Source: Myxococcales bacterium (GTDB lineage: Bacteria; Myxococcota_A; Polyangia; Polyangiales; DASUME01). Taken from it: DNA of 64,000 bases. Under the pieces are notes generated by a model. The model had not been told where the DNA came from. It did no database searches and worked only from the letters and a program-made list of their open reading frames with translations. The stretch covers positions 4,864,001 to 4,928,000 of the forward strand of contig JASGJH010000001.1 in the NCBI GenBank assembly GCA_047601445.1. Reading direction: 5' to 3'. The translations under genes and the position numbers were made by a program. Numbering within the stretch: the first letter of the stretch is position 1; each line of letters begins with the position of its first letter. Positions 37,708 through 46,775 of the stretch are shown piece by piece.

Positions 37708-38916
37708 GTGACTTCCTTCGATGAGGTGGAGACCATGCAGTTCGACAAGATCCGAGTCAGCCCCACGACCACCCGCAACGTGCGCAAGGTGGAAGCCACG
37801 GCTAACCGTGTCGTTCGTAGCGTGGACCGCATCCTCGGAAAGCTCCGGCTCGGCGGCCGCAAGGCCCCCTACGACGACACCAGCTACGAGTTCCTGGGCG
37901 GCTCCGCGGACACCCTGCGCAAGAAGCACTACGACAAGAGCCTCCGCCTCCTGTGGAAGGCCGAAGATCAGGCCCCCTACCTCGGGTTCAAGGACTGCAC
38001 CGTGGTGGAGAAGCAGCTCCACGAGATGGCCTTCCGCGGCATGAACGACGAGGAGAAGGCCCAGCTCTCGCGCCTCTCCACCCGCGAGTACAAGACCCTG
38101 CTCGACCGCGAGTACACCCTGCGCGAGAAGCAGGCCATCGTATCCATCCTGTCGGCCATCGGCCACGGCGAGGCCTACGCCTGGCTGGTCTCGGCGCAGC
38201 TCCTGGCCGAGGTGCAGAGCACCGGCGCACGCGCCGCGCTCACCATGCAGGTGCTCGAGGAGGCCAAGCACTTCCTGGTGCTGCGCGAACTCGTGCGGGC
38301 CTTCGACGTGGAGATCCCACGCCTCACCGCCCCCGAGTACCTGATGCTCGAGCAGGTGATCAAGGCCAAGGGCACCGAGAAGCTGTTCGGCATGAACGTG
38401 GTGGTCGAGGGCATCGCGCTCGGCATCTTCGGCATGATGAGCCACCTGCCCGGGCTCGAAGTGCTGCGCCTCTTCCACCTGGACGAGTCGCGCCACACCG
38501 GCCTGCCCAACAACTACTTCCGCGAGTTCCCGCTGGCCAACGGTCAGCGCAAGCATCCGCTGCGCCGCCTGCGTAGGCTCGGCATGCTGGTCCCCGCGCT
38601 GCTCTTGATCCCCATGCTCGAGGACGACCTGGCGGAGCTCGGCATCGACGTGTTCGAGTTCGGTGGCTCGGTGATCCGCAAGATCGGCGTGCTGGCCAAG
38701 CGCAACAACTTCGACCTGCCCGCCGACACGGACACCCTGCTCGGCCTGGTGAACAAGGGCATCAACGCCTACGGCGATCTGGCGCGTCCGAACCACGTGC
38801 GTCGCGACTACATCCACGGTGAGACCACGCGCGGCGTCGACGAGCTCGAGGTCGAGGGCGAAGTGTTCGAGGGCAAGACCGCGAGCGCCCGCGCACAGCG
38901 CATCCGCGCGGCCTGA
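37708..38916 (+). CDS. Ferritin-like diiron-carboxylate protein
   Basis: Ligand pattern GHGEAY ... EEAKH ... VEGIA ... DESRH (E-ExxH-E-ExxH); start 37708 or 37735. Confidence 0.75.
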   Translation: MTSFDEVETMQFDKIRVSPTTTRNVRKVEATANRVVRSVDRILGKLRLGGRKAPYDDTSYEFLGGSADTLRKKHYDKSLRLLWKAEDQAPYLGFKDCTVVEKQLHEMAFRGMNDEEKAQLSRLSTREYKTLLDREYTLREKQAIVSILSAIGHGEAYAWLVSAQLLAEVQSTGARAALTMQVLEEAKHFLVLRELVRAFDVEIPRLTAPEYLMLEQVIKAKGTEKLFGMNVVVEGIALGIFGMMSHLPGLEVLRLFHLDESRHTGLPNNYFREFPLANGQRKHPLRRLRRLGMLVPALLLIPMLEDDLAELGIDVFEFGGSVIRKIGVLAKRNNFDLPADTDTLLGLVNKGINAYGDLARPNHVRRDYIHGETTRGVDELEVEGEVFEGKTASARAQRIRAA

Positions 38917-38943
38917 TTTCCGAGCCCGGGAAGCGCCGCCATC

Positions 38944-38988
38944 GAAGCCCCGCTGCGACCATGAGTCGCACGGGGTTTTCGTTTTTTT
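38944..38988 (+). terminator. Intrinsic terminator
   Basis: CCCCG-C-TGCGAC/GTCGCA-CGGGG stem followed by TTTTCGTTTTTTT. Confidence 0.7.
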
Positions 38989-39167
38989 GCCGCCTTGCCG
39001 ATCGCGAGCGTGCGGGTGGACGGCGTGCGTGAGCGAGCTTTGCCTTCGGTCGCGCGGGGCGATGTGGACGCAACGTGAGACCGAGGGCGCTCACGCACGC
39101 CGTCGCCGTTCAAGTCAAAGTCGACGACGCCGACCAATGTCGACGTGAGAAGGTTCGCGGCTGCAGC

Positions 39168-39207
39168 GCGTGGCCCGCTCTCACCAAAACATGGCCCGTG
39201 CACACCT
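39168..39207 (+). promoter_or_regulatory. Conserved upstream motif, copy 1 (predicted AraC site)
   Basis: GCGTGGCCCG-ctc-TCACCA-aaaca-TGGCCCG-tgcac-ACCT; half-sites 21 bp apart; matches 43722-43761. Confidence 0.65.
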
Positions 39208-39254
39208 TATGAAGCGTGCGCTTCGGTGGCACTGTGATGTGGTGTGAGGTGCTT

Positions 39255-40091
39255 GTGTCCAGGATCGATGCAGTCAAAGTTCGCAATCTCAAGTTCGATG
39301 TGGTGGGCAGCGACGTGCCGCGTTACTGGCACGGCGATCGCCGTGCGGTGACCTTGTTCTTCAACAACCTCTCCATCTTCTTTCCGGTGGGCGAGCGCTT
39401 CTTCATCAAGACCGTCAAGGACCACAAGCACTTCGTGAAAGACGAGAAGCTCGCGCAGGAGGTCAAGACCTTCTATGCGCAAGAGGGCATCCACAGCCGC
39501 GAGCACGAGGACTACAACGAGATGCTGCGCCGCCAGGGATATCCCGTGGCCAAGATGGAGGGCCGCATCGCCACGCTGCTCAAGGTGGTGAGCACGCTGA
39601 TCTGGCTGCGGGCCCAGCTCGCGGTGACCTGCGCGCTCGAGCACTTCACGGCCCTGATGGCCCACTGGCTCTTGCTCGACGAACGGAACCTCGAGGGCGC
39701 GCACCCCAAGATGGCCGCGCTCTGGCGCTGGCACGCCGCCGAGGAGAACGAGCACAAGTCGGTGGCGTTCGACGTGTTCCGCGCCGCAGGCGGGCTCTAC
39801 GTGGAGCGCGTGTTGGTGATGTTCTTCGCGACCCTGATCTTCTGGGGTCTGGTCCTGGTACAGCAGGTACAGCTGATGTGGCACGACGGCATCTTGTTCT
39901 CTGCGCGTGAGTGGTCCCAGCTGCTCGTGTTTTGGTTCCGCCGCGGTGGTCTGATTCAGTCGCTTACCCCGATGTACTTCTCCTACTACCGCCCGGGCTT
40001 CGAGCCCTGGGAGCTCGACAACGCCGAGATGCTGACCGCCTTTCAGCGTGAGCTCGACAACTCGAGTATGTATCAGGAATACGCGCGATGA
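39255..40091 (+). CDS. 'Metal-dependent hydrolase' family (PF10118-like) protein with ferritin-like ligands
   Basis: FPVGERFFI, QEGIHSREH, LEHFTA and WHAAEENEHKSVAFDV. Confidence 0.88.
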   Translation: MSRIDAVKVRNLKFDVVGSDVPRYWHGDRRAVTLFFNNLSIFFPVGERFFIKTVKDHKHFVKDEKLAQEVKTFYAQEGIHSREHEDYNEMLRRQGYPVAKMEGRIATLLKVVSTLIWLRAQLAVTCALEHFTALMAHWLLLDERNLEGAHPKMAALWRWHAAEENEHKSVAFDVFRAAGGLYVERVLVMFFATLIFWGLVLVQQVQLMWHDGILFSAREWSQLLVFWFRRGGLIQSLTPMYFSYYRPGFEPWELDNAEMLTAFQRELDNSSMYQEYAR

Positions 40092-41233
40092 ACGCGTTCA
40101 AGCAGTTCGCGGCACGCCTGTTCGGGCGCGCGGCGGTGCCCGAAGAAAAGCCCACTCCAGAGTTGCGCGACGTGTCGGCGAAGCCCGCGTGGCGCTCGTT
40201 GCGCATTACGCGCGTGGTGCAGGAGACGCCGGACTCGCGCGTGCTGTACCTGGAGGACATCTCGGGCGCGCCCATCGAGTTCGAGAGCGGACAGTTCCTT
40301 ACGCTGGCAGTGCAGCTTCCCAACGAGCGCCTCTTGCGCTCCTACTCCATCTGCACGGCTCCCCATTCGGGTGCGGTCGCAGTCGGCGTCAAGCGCGTGC
40401 AGGGCGGTCGAGCCTCGAACTACCTCAACGAGAGTGCCAAGGTCGGCGACGTGTTGGAGGCACGCGGTCCGAACGGACGCTTCGTGCTCGCTCCCGCGTC
40501 GCAGCCTCGGCGTGTGTGCCTGATCGCCGGCGGCAGCGGCATCACTCCCTTGCTTAGCCACGCACGGCACCTCCTCGAGCGGGAGCCCGACACCAGTGTC
40601 GCCATGATCTACGGCAACCGCAGCGAGTCCGACGTGATGTTCCGCGGCGAGCTCGAGCGGCTGTGGGAGCGCTACCCCGAGCGCTTCGTGCTGCGCCACG
40701 TGCTCAGCGAACCGCGGGGTGGAATCTCCTGCACGCGCGGCATCCTGGACGCGCTCACGTTGCGGGACGAGCTGGCGCGGCTGCCGCTCGGCCAGAGCCC
40801 GGAGACGACGTACCTGGTGTGCGGACCCGAGCCCATGATGGATGCCGCCCTCGACACCCTGGCGGCAGCCGGCGTGCCGCGTGCACGGGTGCTCGAGGAG
40901 CGCTTCGTGAACACGCTCACGCCGGGCGCAGGCGAGCCTGCACGCCTCGAGGGCAAGGAGGCGAGCCTGAGGCTCACGGTGCTCGCCCAGGGCAGCGAGA
41001 AGAGCGTGAGCCTGGCCCCCGGAGAAACCCTGCTAGACGCCGCCATGCGCGGCGGCGTGGTGCTCGACTACTCGTGCGCTACCGGCGCCTGCGGCACCTG
41101 TATGGCGCGCCTGGTGGAGGGCTCGGTGGAGCTCGACGAACCCCACTGCCTGAGCGACGGCGAGCGCAAGCAAGGCATGATCCTGCCCTGCGTGTCGCGC
41201 GCCACCAGCGCCTGCCGGATCCAAACGCTCTAG
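40088..41233 (+). CDS. FNR-type FAD/NAD reductase fused to a [2Fe-2S] ferredoxin (PaaE-like oxygenase reductase)
   Basis: RSYSI, GRASNYL, AGGSGITP, CGPEPMM and C-ATGA-C-GT-C...LPC; ATGA overlap with the upstream gene. Confidence 0.92.
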   Translation: MNAFKQFAARLFGRAAVPEEKPTPELRDVSAKPAWRSLRITRVVQETPDSRVLYLEDISGAPIEFESGQFLTLAVQLPNERLLRSYSICTAPHSGAVAVGVKRVQGGRASNYLNESAKVGDVLEARGPNGRFVLAPASQPRRVCLIAGGSGITPLLSHARHLLEREPDTSVAMIYGNRSESDVMFRGELERLWERYPERFVLRHVLSEPRGGISCTRGILDALTLRDELARLPLGQSPETTYLVCGPEPMMDAALDTLAAAGVPRARVLEERFVNTLTPGAGEPARLEGKEASLRLTVLAQGSEKSVSLAPGETLLDAAMRGGVVLDYSCATGACGTCMARLVEGSVELDEPHCLSDGERKQGMILPCVSRATSACRIQTL

Positions 41234-41352
41234 CAGTGCGCTGACGGCGACGGCGACGGTCCCCCACCGGCTCCCAGAATCGCCGACGCTAACCATCCCT
41301 AGCCCCCTAGGCCCCCTTGCGGAGCGCCTGCGGGCAGGTCACGACCTAACAC

Positions 41353-41748
41353 GTGCAGAGCGACCCACCCACGCCCGAACCGACCCAGCAGGAGCTGGCC
41401 GTGGAGCGCACCGTGATGGCCCACGAGCGCACGCTCATGGCCTGGCTCCGCACCGCGCTGGCCATGATCAGCTTCGGCTTCACCTTGCGACAGTTCTTCG
41501 ACCTGCTCGAAAAGGAAAGTCGGCATCCGCTCAGCCTGTTCGGTCCGCGCAGCTACTACGGCCTGGTCATGATGGGCACCGGCATCTTGATGCTCGCCCT
41601 GGCCTCGCTGCAGCACGCCAAGACCATGCGGCGCTTCCGCCAGCGCGGCCACAAGACTCGCTCGCTGACGCTGGTGTTCGCCATCGTATGCCTGCTAGTC
41701 GGCGCCTTCGCGCTGTTCGCGACGGTCTACGAGATGCGGGCCGGCTGA
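41353..41748 (+). CDS. DUF202 (YidH-like) membrane protein
   Basis: LAVERTVMAHERTLMAWLRTALAMISFGF and three TM helices. Confidence 0.88.
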   Translation: MQSDPPTPEPTQQELAVERTVMAHERTLMAWLRTALAMISFGFTLRQFFDLLEKESRHPLSLFGPRSYYGLVMMGTGILMLALASLQHAKTMRRFRQRGHKTRSLTLVFAIVCLLVGAFALFATVYEMRAG

Positions 41749-41773
41749 CCCGAGGGCACCAGCCCAAGCTGAG

Positions 41774-41857
41774 CTCCCCGCAAACGTGCCCGTGCCCGTG
41801 CCCTTTCTCCCGCTGGAACAGAGAGAAGCGATCGGGCACGGGCACGTTTACGGGGAG
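41774..41857. repeat. REP-like palindromic intergenic element, copy 2
   Basis: CTCCCCGCAAACGTGCCCGTGCCCG ... CGGGCACGGGCACGTTTACGGGGAG between convergent genes. Confidence 0.75.
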
Positions 41858-41882
41858 TTTTTCCCCGGGCTTCAGGGGCTGA

Positions 41883-42521
41883 TCACGACCCAGAGCCAGT
41901 CTGGTTCGCCGGATAGCTCTCGAAGATCTGCGCCACGCCGTTGTCGATGTTCTGGTCGATGTCGCTCTGGCTGTTGCCCTCGAGCACGCTCTTCATCACG
42001 CCGCCGAACACTGCCTCTTGCATCGCAGGATCGACCAACAAGACCGCCACGGAGCCCGTGGTGAACTCGGTGTAGACCGGCTCGAGCCACGCGCACGGGT
42101 TGTACGTGTAAGTCCAGTAGCCCCACCAGTAGCCGTCGACGCAGGACCAGGTGTAGCCCGCGTGATCTTGAGTGGAGGCCAGGCTCACGGCGACGAGATC
42201 GGGATTGGCGGTCGGGTCCACCTCGGTGAGGCCCTGATCCAAGAGCTGCTGCCGCACGGCGTCGTTCACCTGCTGCAGGTCCGTCTTGACGTCGCTGGGG
42301 ATGGCCGCCACCACGGCCGGGTTGGCCTGCGAGGGGTCTGGAAAGGCGAACGTCTTGTAGCTGGTGAAGTCTGCCGTGGCGTTGGAGCGCGTGGTGACGA
42401 CGTCATTGTCATTGTCGTCGTTGCTGCAACCAACCAGGAGCGCGGCGGCCAGGACGCCACACACGATGCTCGCGCGTGACAGGAATGGACGTTTGGAACG
42501 AGAACGCACAACTTGAGTCAT
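41883..42521 (-). CDS. DUF4136-like lipoprotein
   Basis: Lipobox LLVGC, DFTSYKTFAF, aromatic-rich loop, G.V...VD and terminal IF..YP. Confidence 0.75.
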   Translation of the reverse strand: MTQVVRSRSKRPFLSRASIVCGVLAAALLVGCSNDDNDNDVVTTRSNATADFTSYKTFAFPDPSQANPAVVAAIPSDVKTDLQQVNDAVRQQLLDQGLTEVDPTANPDLVAVSLASTQDHAGYTWSCVDGYWWGYWTYTYNPCAWLEPVYTEFTTGSVAVLLVDPAMQEAVFGGVMKSVLEGNSQSDIDQNIDNGVAQIFESYPANQTGSGS

Positions 42522-42600
42522 GAGACCTCCGCTAGCTCAAGCTGCGTCGGTCGTAACACTCACGCAAGGCCTGTTTTTACAGCACCAAATGGGGTGTGAC

Positions 42601-43650
42601 CTAGATGCGCTTCGCGTTCGCTTTGCGATATGCAGCGGGCGTCAGATCGGTCCAACGCTTGAACGCCCGCGTAAAGTTCGACACGTCGGAGTAGCCGACC
42701 TTCTCCGCCACTTCGTCGATGGTGAGCTGCTCGAGGCGAAGCAACGCGCAGGCTTGTTCGCTCTGTACGGCGTCGAGGACCTCGCTGAAAGCCGTGCCTT
42801 CGGCCTTCAGCTTGCGCTTGAGAGTGCGCGAGGAGACGCCGAGCTTGACGGCCACCTCGTCGAGGTTGCGGAAGCCACCTTCCGGCTTGGGCATCACGCT
42901 CTTCACGCGTTGCGCCAGGTCGTCGCCGTCGACCTGCTCGAGGGCCTTCTCGCACTGCTCCTGCGCGAGGCGCAGCGCGGCCGGATGGGCGTTCACCAGC
43001 GGCAGCTCGAGGACACCGAGATCGAAGCGGACGGCGTTGCGCTGCTGGCCAAAGCGTACCGGCAAGGCCTGCGCGGTGAAGCGCTCCGCGTAGGACGGCT
43101 CGGGGAAGGTGAAGTCCGCCTCCCCCCGTAGCTTCTGCCCGGTAAGCGCCTCACCGATGCGCCACAGGCCCACCACCAAAGCCACCAGCAGCGTGTCCCG
43201 GATGCTTCCGAGATCCACCACCTCGTCGATGTAGAGCACGGCCCGCGATCCCTCGATGGCGAGCTCGACCTTGAGCGCGGTGGTGCGCGTGGGCGCGTAG
43301 CGCACGGCGAGCTCGAGGGCGTGACGCGCGGTGGGCGCGGTCATGGCGGCGAAGCCGAGGTAGCCGTGCGCCGGCACGCGCATGTGCATACCGAGATAAA
43401 AGCCGAGTGCGTCCTCTCCCGTGAGCTCCTTGGCGCGCTCGAGGATACGCGCAACCTCCGGCAGAGGGAGTCGAGCGTCCTGCTGCTCGAGCTGCGCGAA
43501 CGTGAGCTCCGTGCCCTCGAGCAGCGCCGAGCGTGAAGCCCCCAAGCTCTCCACGAGCTCGGCGAGATCGAGGGCGTGCGCCGCGGGCACCGTGTGCTGC
43601 GGGCCTGTGCGCAGGCCTTGCTGCGATTCGTGCTCTTCGATACCTGGCAT
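42601..43650 (-). CDS. AraC family regulator
   Basis: VAVKLGVSSRTLKRKL...IDEVAEKVGYSDVSNFTRAFKRWT; start uncertain (43650 or 43668). Confidence 0.9.
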   Translation of the reverse strand: MPGIEEHESQQGLRTGPQHTVPAAHALDLAELVESLGASRSALLEGTELTFAQLEQQDARLPLPEVARILERAKELTGEDALGFYLGMHMRVPAHGYLGFAAMTAPTARHALELAVRYAPTRTTALKVELAIEGSRAVLYIDEVVDLGSIRDTLLVALVVGLWRIGEALTGQKLRGEADFTFPEPSYAERFTAQALPVRFGQQRNAVRFDLGVLELPLVNAHPAALRLAQEQCEKALEQVDGDDLAQRVKSVMPKPEGGFRNLDEVAVKLGVSSRTLKRKLKAEGTAFSEVLDAVQSEQACALLRLEQLTIDEVAEKVGYSDVSNFTRAFKRWTDLTPAAYRKANAKRI

Positions 43651-43721
43651 GGTGATCGTCGCGGGCATCCTCGCTCGCCGCGCGCGAGGTGTTCGACAAA
43701 CAGCCAGGCGCACGGGCTCGG

Positions 43722-43761
43722 GCGTGGCCCGAAGTCACCAGACAATGGCACGGCACGACCT
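43722..43761 (+). promoter_or_regulatory. Conserved upstream motif, copy 2 (predicted AraC site)
   Basis: GCGTGGCCCG-aag-TCACCA-gacaa-TGGCACG-gcacg-ACCT between araC and the divergent paralog. Confidence 0.65.
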
Positions 43762-43795
43762 AACGCGGCAAGGCCAGCGCGCGTTTACTGAAGAC

Positions 43796-44657
43796 ATGAG
43801 TCGCCGTACCAACGAACCCAGCATCGTCGTGCGTAATCTGCATTTCCCGCTCGACGCGGACGTACCGCAGTATTGGCTCGAAAACACCCGCTCTGTGACG
43901 ATGTTTCTCGACCACCTATCGCTGGTCTTCCCGCCCGGAGAACGTTTCTTCATCAACAGCGTGCGTGCGTTCGAGGCCGATCTGCAGGCGAATCCCGTGC
44001 TGCGCGACGAAGCGCGGCGCTTCTACCAACAAGAGGCGTTACATGGCCGAGAGCACACACGCTACAACGAGCTCCTGACCGCGCGTGGCTATCCGGTCGG
44101 GGCCATCGACAAGAGCGCGCAGGACCTACTCGGATTGGCTAGCAAGGCGTTGCCTCCGCGCATGCAGCTGGCGGTGACGTGTGCGCTCGAACACTTCACG
44201 GCGCTGCTCGCTCAGATCCTGCTCGGGGATGACTCCATCCTCGAAGGCGCCGACCCCGCGATGGCGGCGCTCTGGCGCTGGCACGCAGCCGAGGAGAACG
44301 AGCACGCGACCGTGGCCTACGACGTGTTCCACGAGGTCGGTGGGACCTACGTGGAGCGTACGTTGGTGATGGTGGGCGCCACGATCTCTGTTCTGGGCCA
44401 AGATGCTGGAACACCAGGCGCGCATGATGCACTCGCAAGGACTGCTTGGGTCCGCGCAGGAGTGGGCTGGATTGGGGCGCTTCTTCTTCGGTAAACCAGG
44501 CATCTTCTTCAAGCTGATCAAGCCCTACCTCGCCTACTTCAAGCCCGACTTCCATCCGCGCGACATCGACTGCTCGGCGTTGCTCGCGGCGTGGCGCGAA
44601 GACTTCGCCCGCTTGCCGGTGTACACGAAGCACACGCGTCCAGCGCGCGCGGCCTGA
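43796..44657 (+). CDS. Second PF10118-like ferritin-fold protein with a 1-nt frameshift near 44387
   Basis: FPPGERFFI, QEALHGREH, LEHFTA, WHAAEENEH; the C-terminus (LFWAKMLEHQ...YFKPDFHP) continues in the next frame and parallels the 39255 paralog. Confidence 0.82.
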
Positions 44658-44808
44658 CGGCAAGCGACCGTCCTCTGCGCACAGCGAACCGGTCCAACCT
44701 CGCAGACGAGCGATGAAACAGGCCGCCTGCGCAGCAGGTCGGGCTGGCGAGCGCTTTCTGAGTCCGTGGTGCGCAGCGGCCCATTGGGCTGTCCTCGCCG
44801 CTGACCAT

Positions 44809-44827
44809 ATTGAACGTCGTTTTCAAT
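44809..44827. promoter_or_regulatory. 19-bp AT-rich palindrome resembling a Fur-family box
   Basis: ATTGAA-CGTCGTT-TTCAAT; weaker similar site at 44923-44941. Confidence 0.4.
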
Positions 44828-44969
44828 TAATCGCTATCTCCATGTATCACGATGGCTCTATGCCCGCGTGACCCTGGAGACGACGGCGAATTTCAGTGGT
44901 GATAGACCTCACCACCGCGCTTAATGAATACGACTTGCAACTTCGTTAATGACCGGATACAGCTGAGGC

Positions 44970-45164
44970 ATGTCGGAGCGCCATCCATCTAGCCCCCATG
45001 GTCACGCCTCGCGTCGCCGCAGCAGCTCGGCGAACGGAACGTGCGAGAGCCGATGCCTCTGCGGAAGTCTGCTCGCACGTCTGATCGGGGATCAGGTCGA
45101 GCTCAAGTGCCGACGTTGCAAGCGCACGACCCTGCTTCCGCTCTCCAACGCGCGCGACGACTGA
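44970..45164 (+). CDS. Small Com-like zinc-finger protein
   Basis: RCLCGSLLARL...VELKCRRCKR, as in Mu Com-type zinc ribbons; RBS GAGG. Confidence 0.65.
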   Translation: MSERHPSSPHGHASRRRSSSANGTCESRCLCGSLLARLIGDQVELKCRRCKRTTLLPLSNARDD

Positions 45165-45420
45165 CGAGTGCACGCAAACTGCGACCGCCATGAATGGGGC
45201 GTGGTGAGTCGCGAGAGTTTCGATGGCACTCCGCCTGGCGACGCGTCGCGACGCGCTCGATATTCCATCGGTGATCGCCGCGTGCGAGTCACCCCGTAAC
45301 GTCATCGCTTTGGCCAGAACTCTCGATCGGTACGTCCACTAACAAAGGAGCGCTCCCCCGAGCGCCCACCGCAACGCGCAGCTCGTCGTCTGCTCACGCC
45401 GTCCTCCACGAGAGGTGTCC

Positions 45421-46635
45421 GTGGATCAACTGTCGACCGACCTGGCTTCGTTAAAGATCGATCGCGATCCACCGGTCGCATCGGGCGGCCACCTGCGCGG
45501 CTGGTCGCTTGGACTTGCGGGTATCGCCGCGCTGCTCGCGGCCGCGGCCTGGGCCTATCCACGCGTGGAGGCAGAGCTCTTCAAGACGCCTGTCCATCTG
45601 GGAACCGTGCTCGACATCTCACCGACGCTTTCAGCCACCTCGCTCACCGCGACAGGCTACGTGGTGGCACAACGTCGATCGAAAGTCGGCTCCATGATTC
45701 CGGGGCGTGTCGTCAAAGTGCACGTGCGGGAGGGAGCGCGCGTGGAGCGTGGCGACATGCTCGCGGAGCTCGATGCGACTGACCTGCGCAGCAGCGTCCA
45801 CGCGGCCCACGCGCGCGTACTCTCGGCGCAGGCACGCATTCTGCAAAACGGGGCGGTGCTGCGCGAGTCCGAGGTCCAGCTCCAACGCCAGCGTGTGCTG
45901 CTCGCCCAACGCGCCGTGGCCCGCTCGGTGGTGGAAGACCTCGAAGCGCGGGTGAACACGTTACGCGCCGAGGTCCAGTCAGCCGAAGCAGACGAGCTGA
46001 CGACCCAGGCTGAAGAGCGACTGGCACGGGCCAATCTGGCGCGCATGAACGTGTTGGCTCCAATCACCGGGACCGTGCTGAACAAGCCGCTCGACGTGGG
46101 CGAGACCGTCGATTTGCTGACACCCATCCTGGAACTCGCCGATTTGCACTCGCTGTTGGTGGAAGTCGACGTTCCCGAGTCACGCTTCTCAACGATCGAG
46201 CTGGGCGGGCCCTGCGAAGTTACTTTCGATGCGCTCCCGGGTCGACGCTTGAAGGGACGCACCCGCGAGCTCGGGAAGCGCGTGAATCGCTCCAAGGCCA
46301 CGATTCCGGTCAAGGTCGCGTTCGACACCGAAGACGCCGTCATCCTGCCGGACATGTCTGCTCGCGTCAGCTTCTTGAGCCGTGATGTGGATGCGCGCGA
46401 CCTCGCGGGTCCAACCACGCGCGTGGTGCCGCAGCGCGCTGTCACTCAGCGTGACGGCCAGCGCGTGTTGTTCGTGTCCGAAGGCGGCAAGGTGAAGATG
46501 GTGCCGATCACCCTGGGACGTTCGAGCACAGACGGCTTCGAGTTGTTAGAAGGTCCAGAGGTGGGCACCCGTGTCGTGCTCGAGCCACCAGAGATCTTGA
46601 GGGATGGTCACACCATCAAAGAGAGCTCGGATTGA
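45421..46635 (+). CDS. MacA-like periplasmic adaptor subunit
   Basis: TM helix, ATGYVVAQRRSKVG, GRVVKVHVREG, APITGTV and LPDMSARV. Confidence 0.88.
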   Translation: MDQLSTDLASLKIDRDPPVASGGHLRGWSLGLAGIAALLAAAAWAYPRVEAELFKTPVHLGTVLDISPTLSATSLTATGYVVAQRRSKVGSMIPGRVVKVHVREGARVERGDMLAELDATDLRSSVHAAHARVLSAQARILQNGAVLRESEVQLQRQRVLLAQRAVARSVVEDLEARVNTLRAEVQSAEADELTTQAEERLARANLARMNVLAPITGTVLNKPLDVGETVDLLTPILELADLHSLLVEVDVPESRFSTIELGGPCEVTFDALPGRRLKGRTRELGKRVNRSKATIPVKVAFDTEDAVILPDMSARVSFLSRDVDARDLAGPTTRVVPQRAVTQRDGQRVLFVSEGGKVKMVPITLGRSSTDGFELLEGPEVGTRVVLEPPEILRDGHTIKESSD

Positions 46636-46775
46636 CGTTCGCTCAGCGCGCTCGGCGAGAGACCGGCGCATGAACGCACGAAACGCGCGTGAACCAAACG
46701 CACGCTTCGAACGAGTCGTCTGTAACGAAACGCAGTTGGGAGCCGTGAGTCGGCTCGCATCGGAGGGATCTAACC

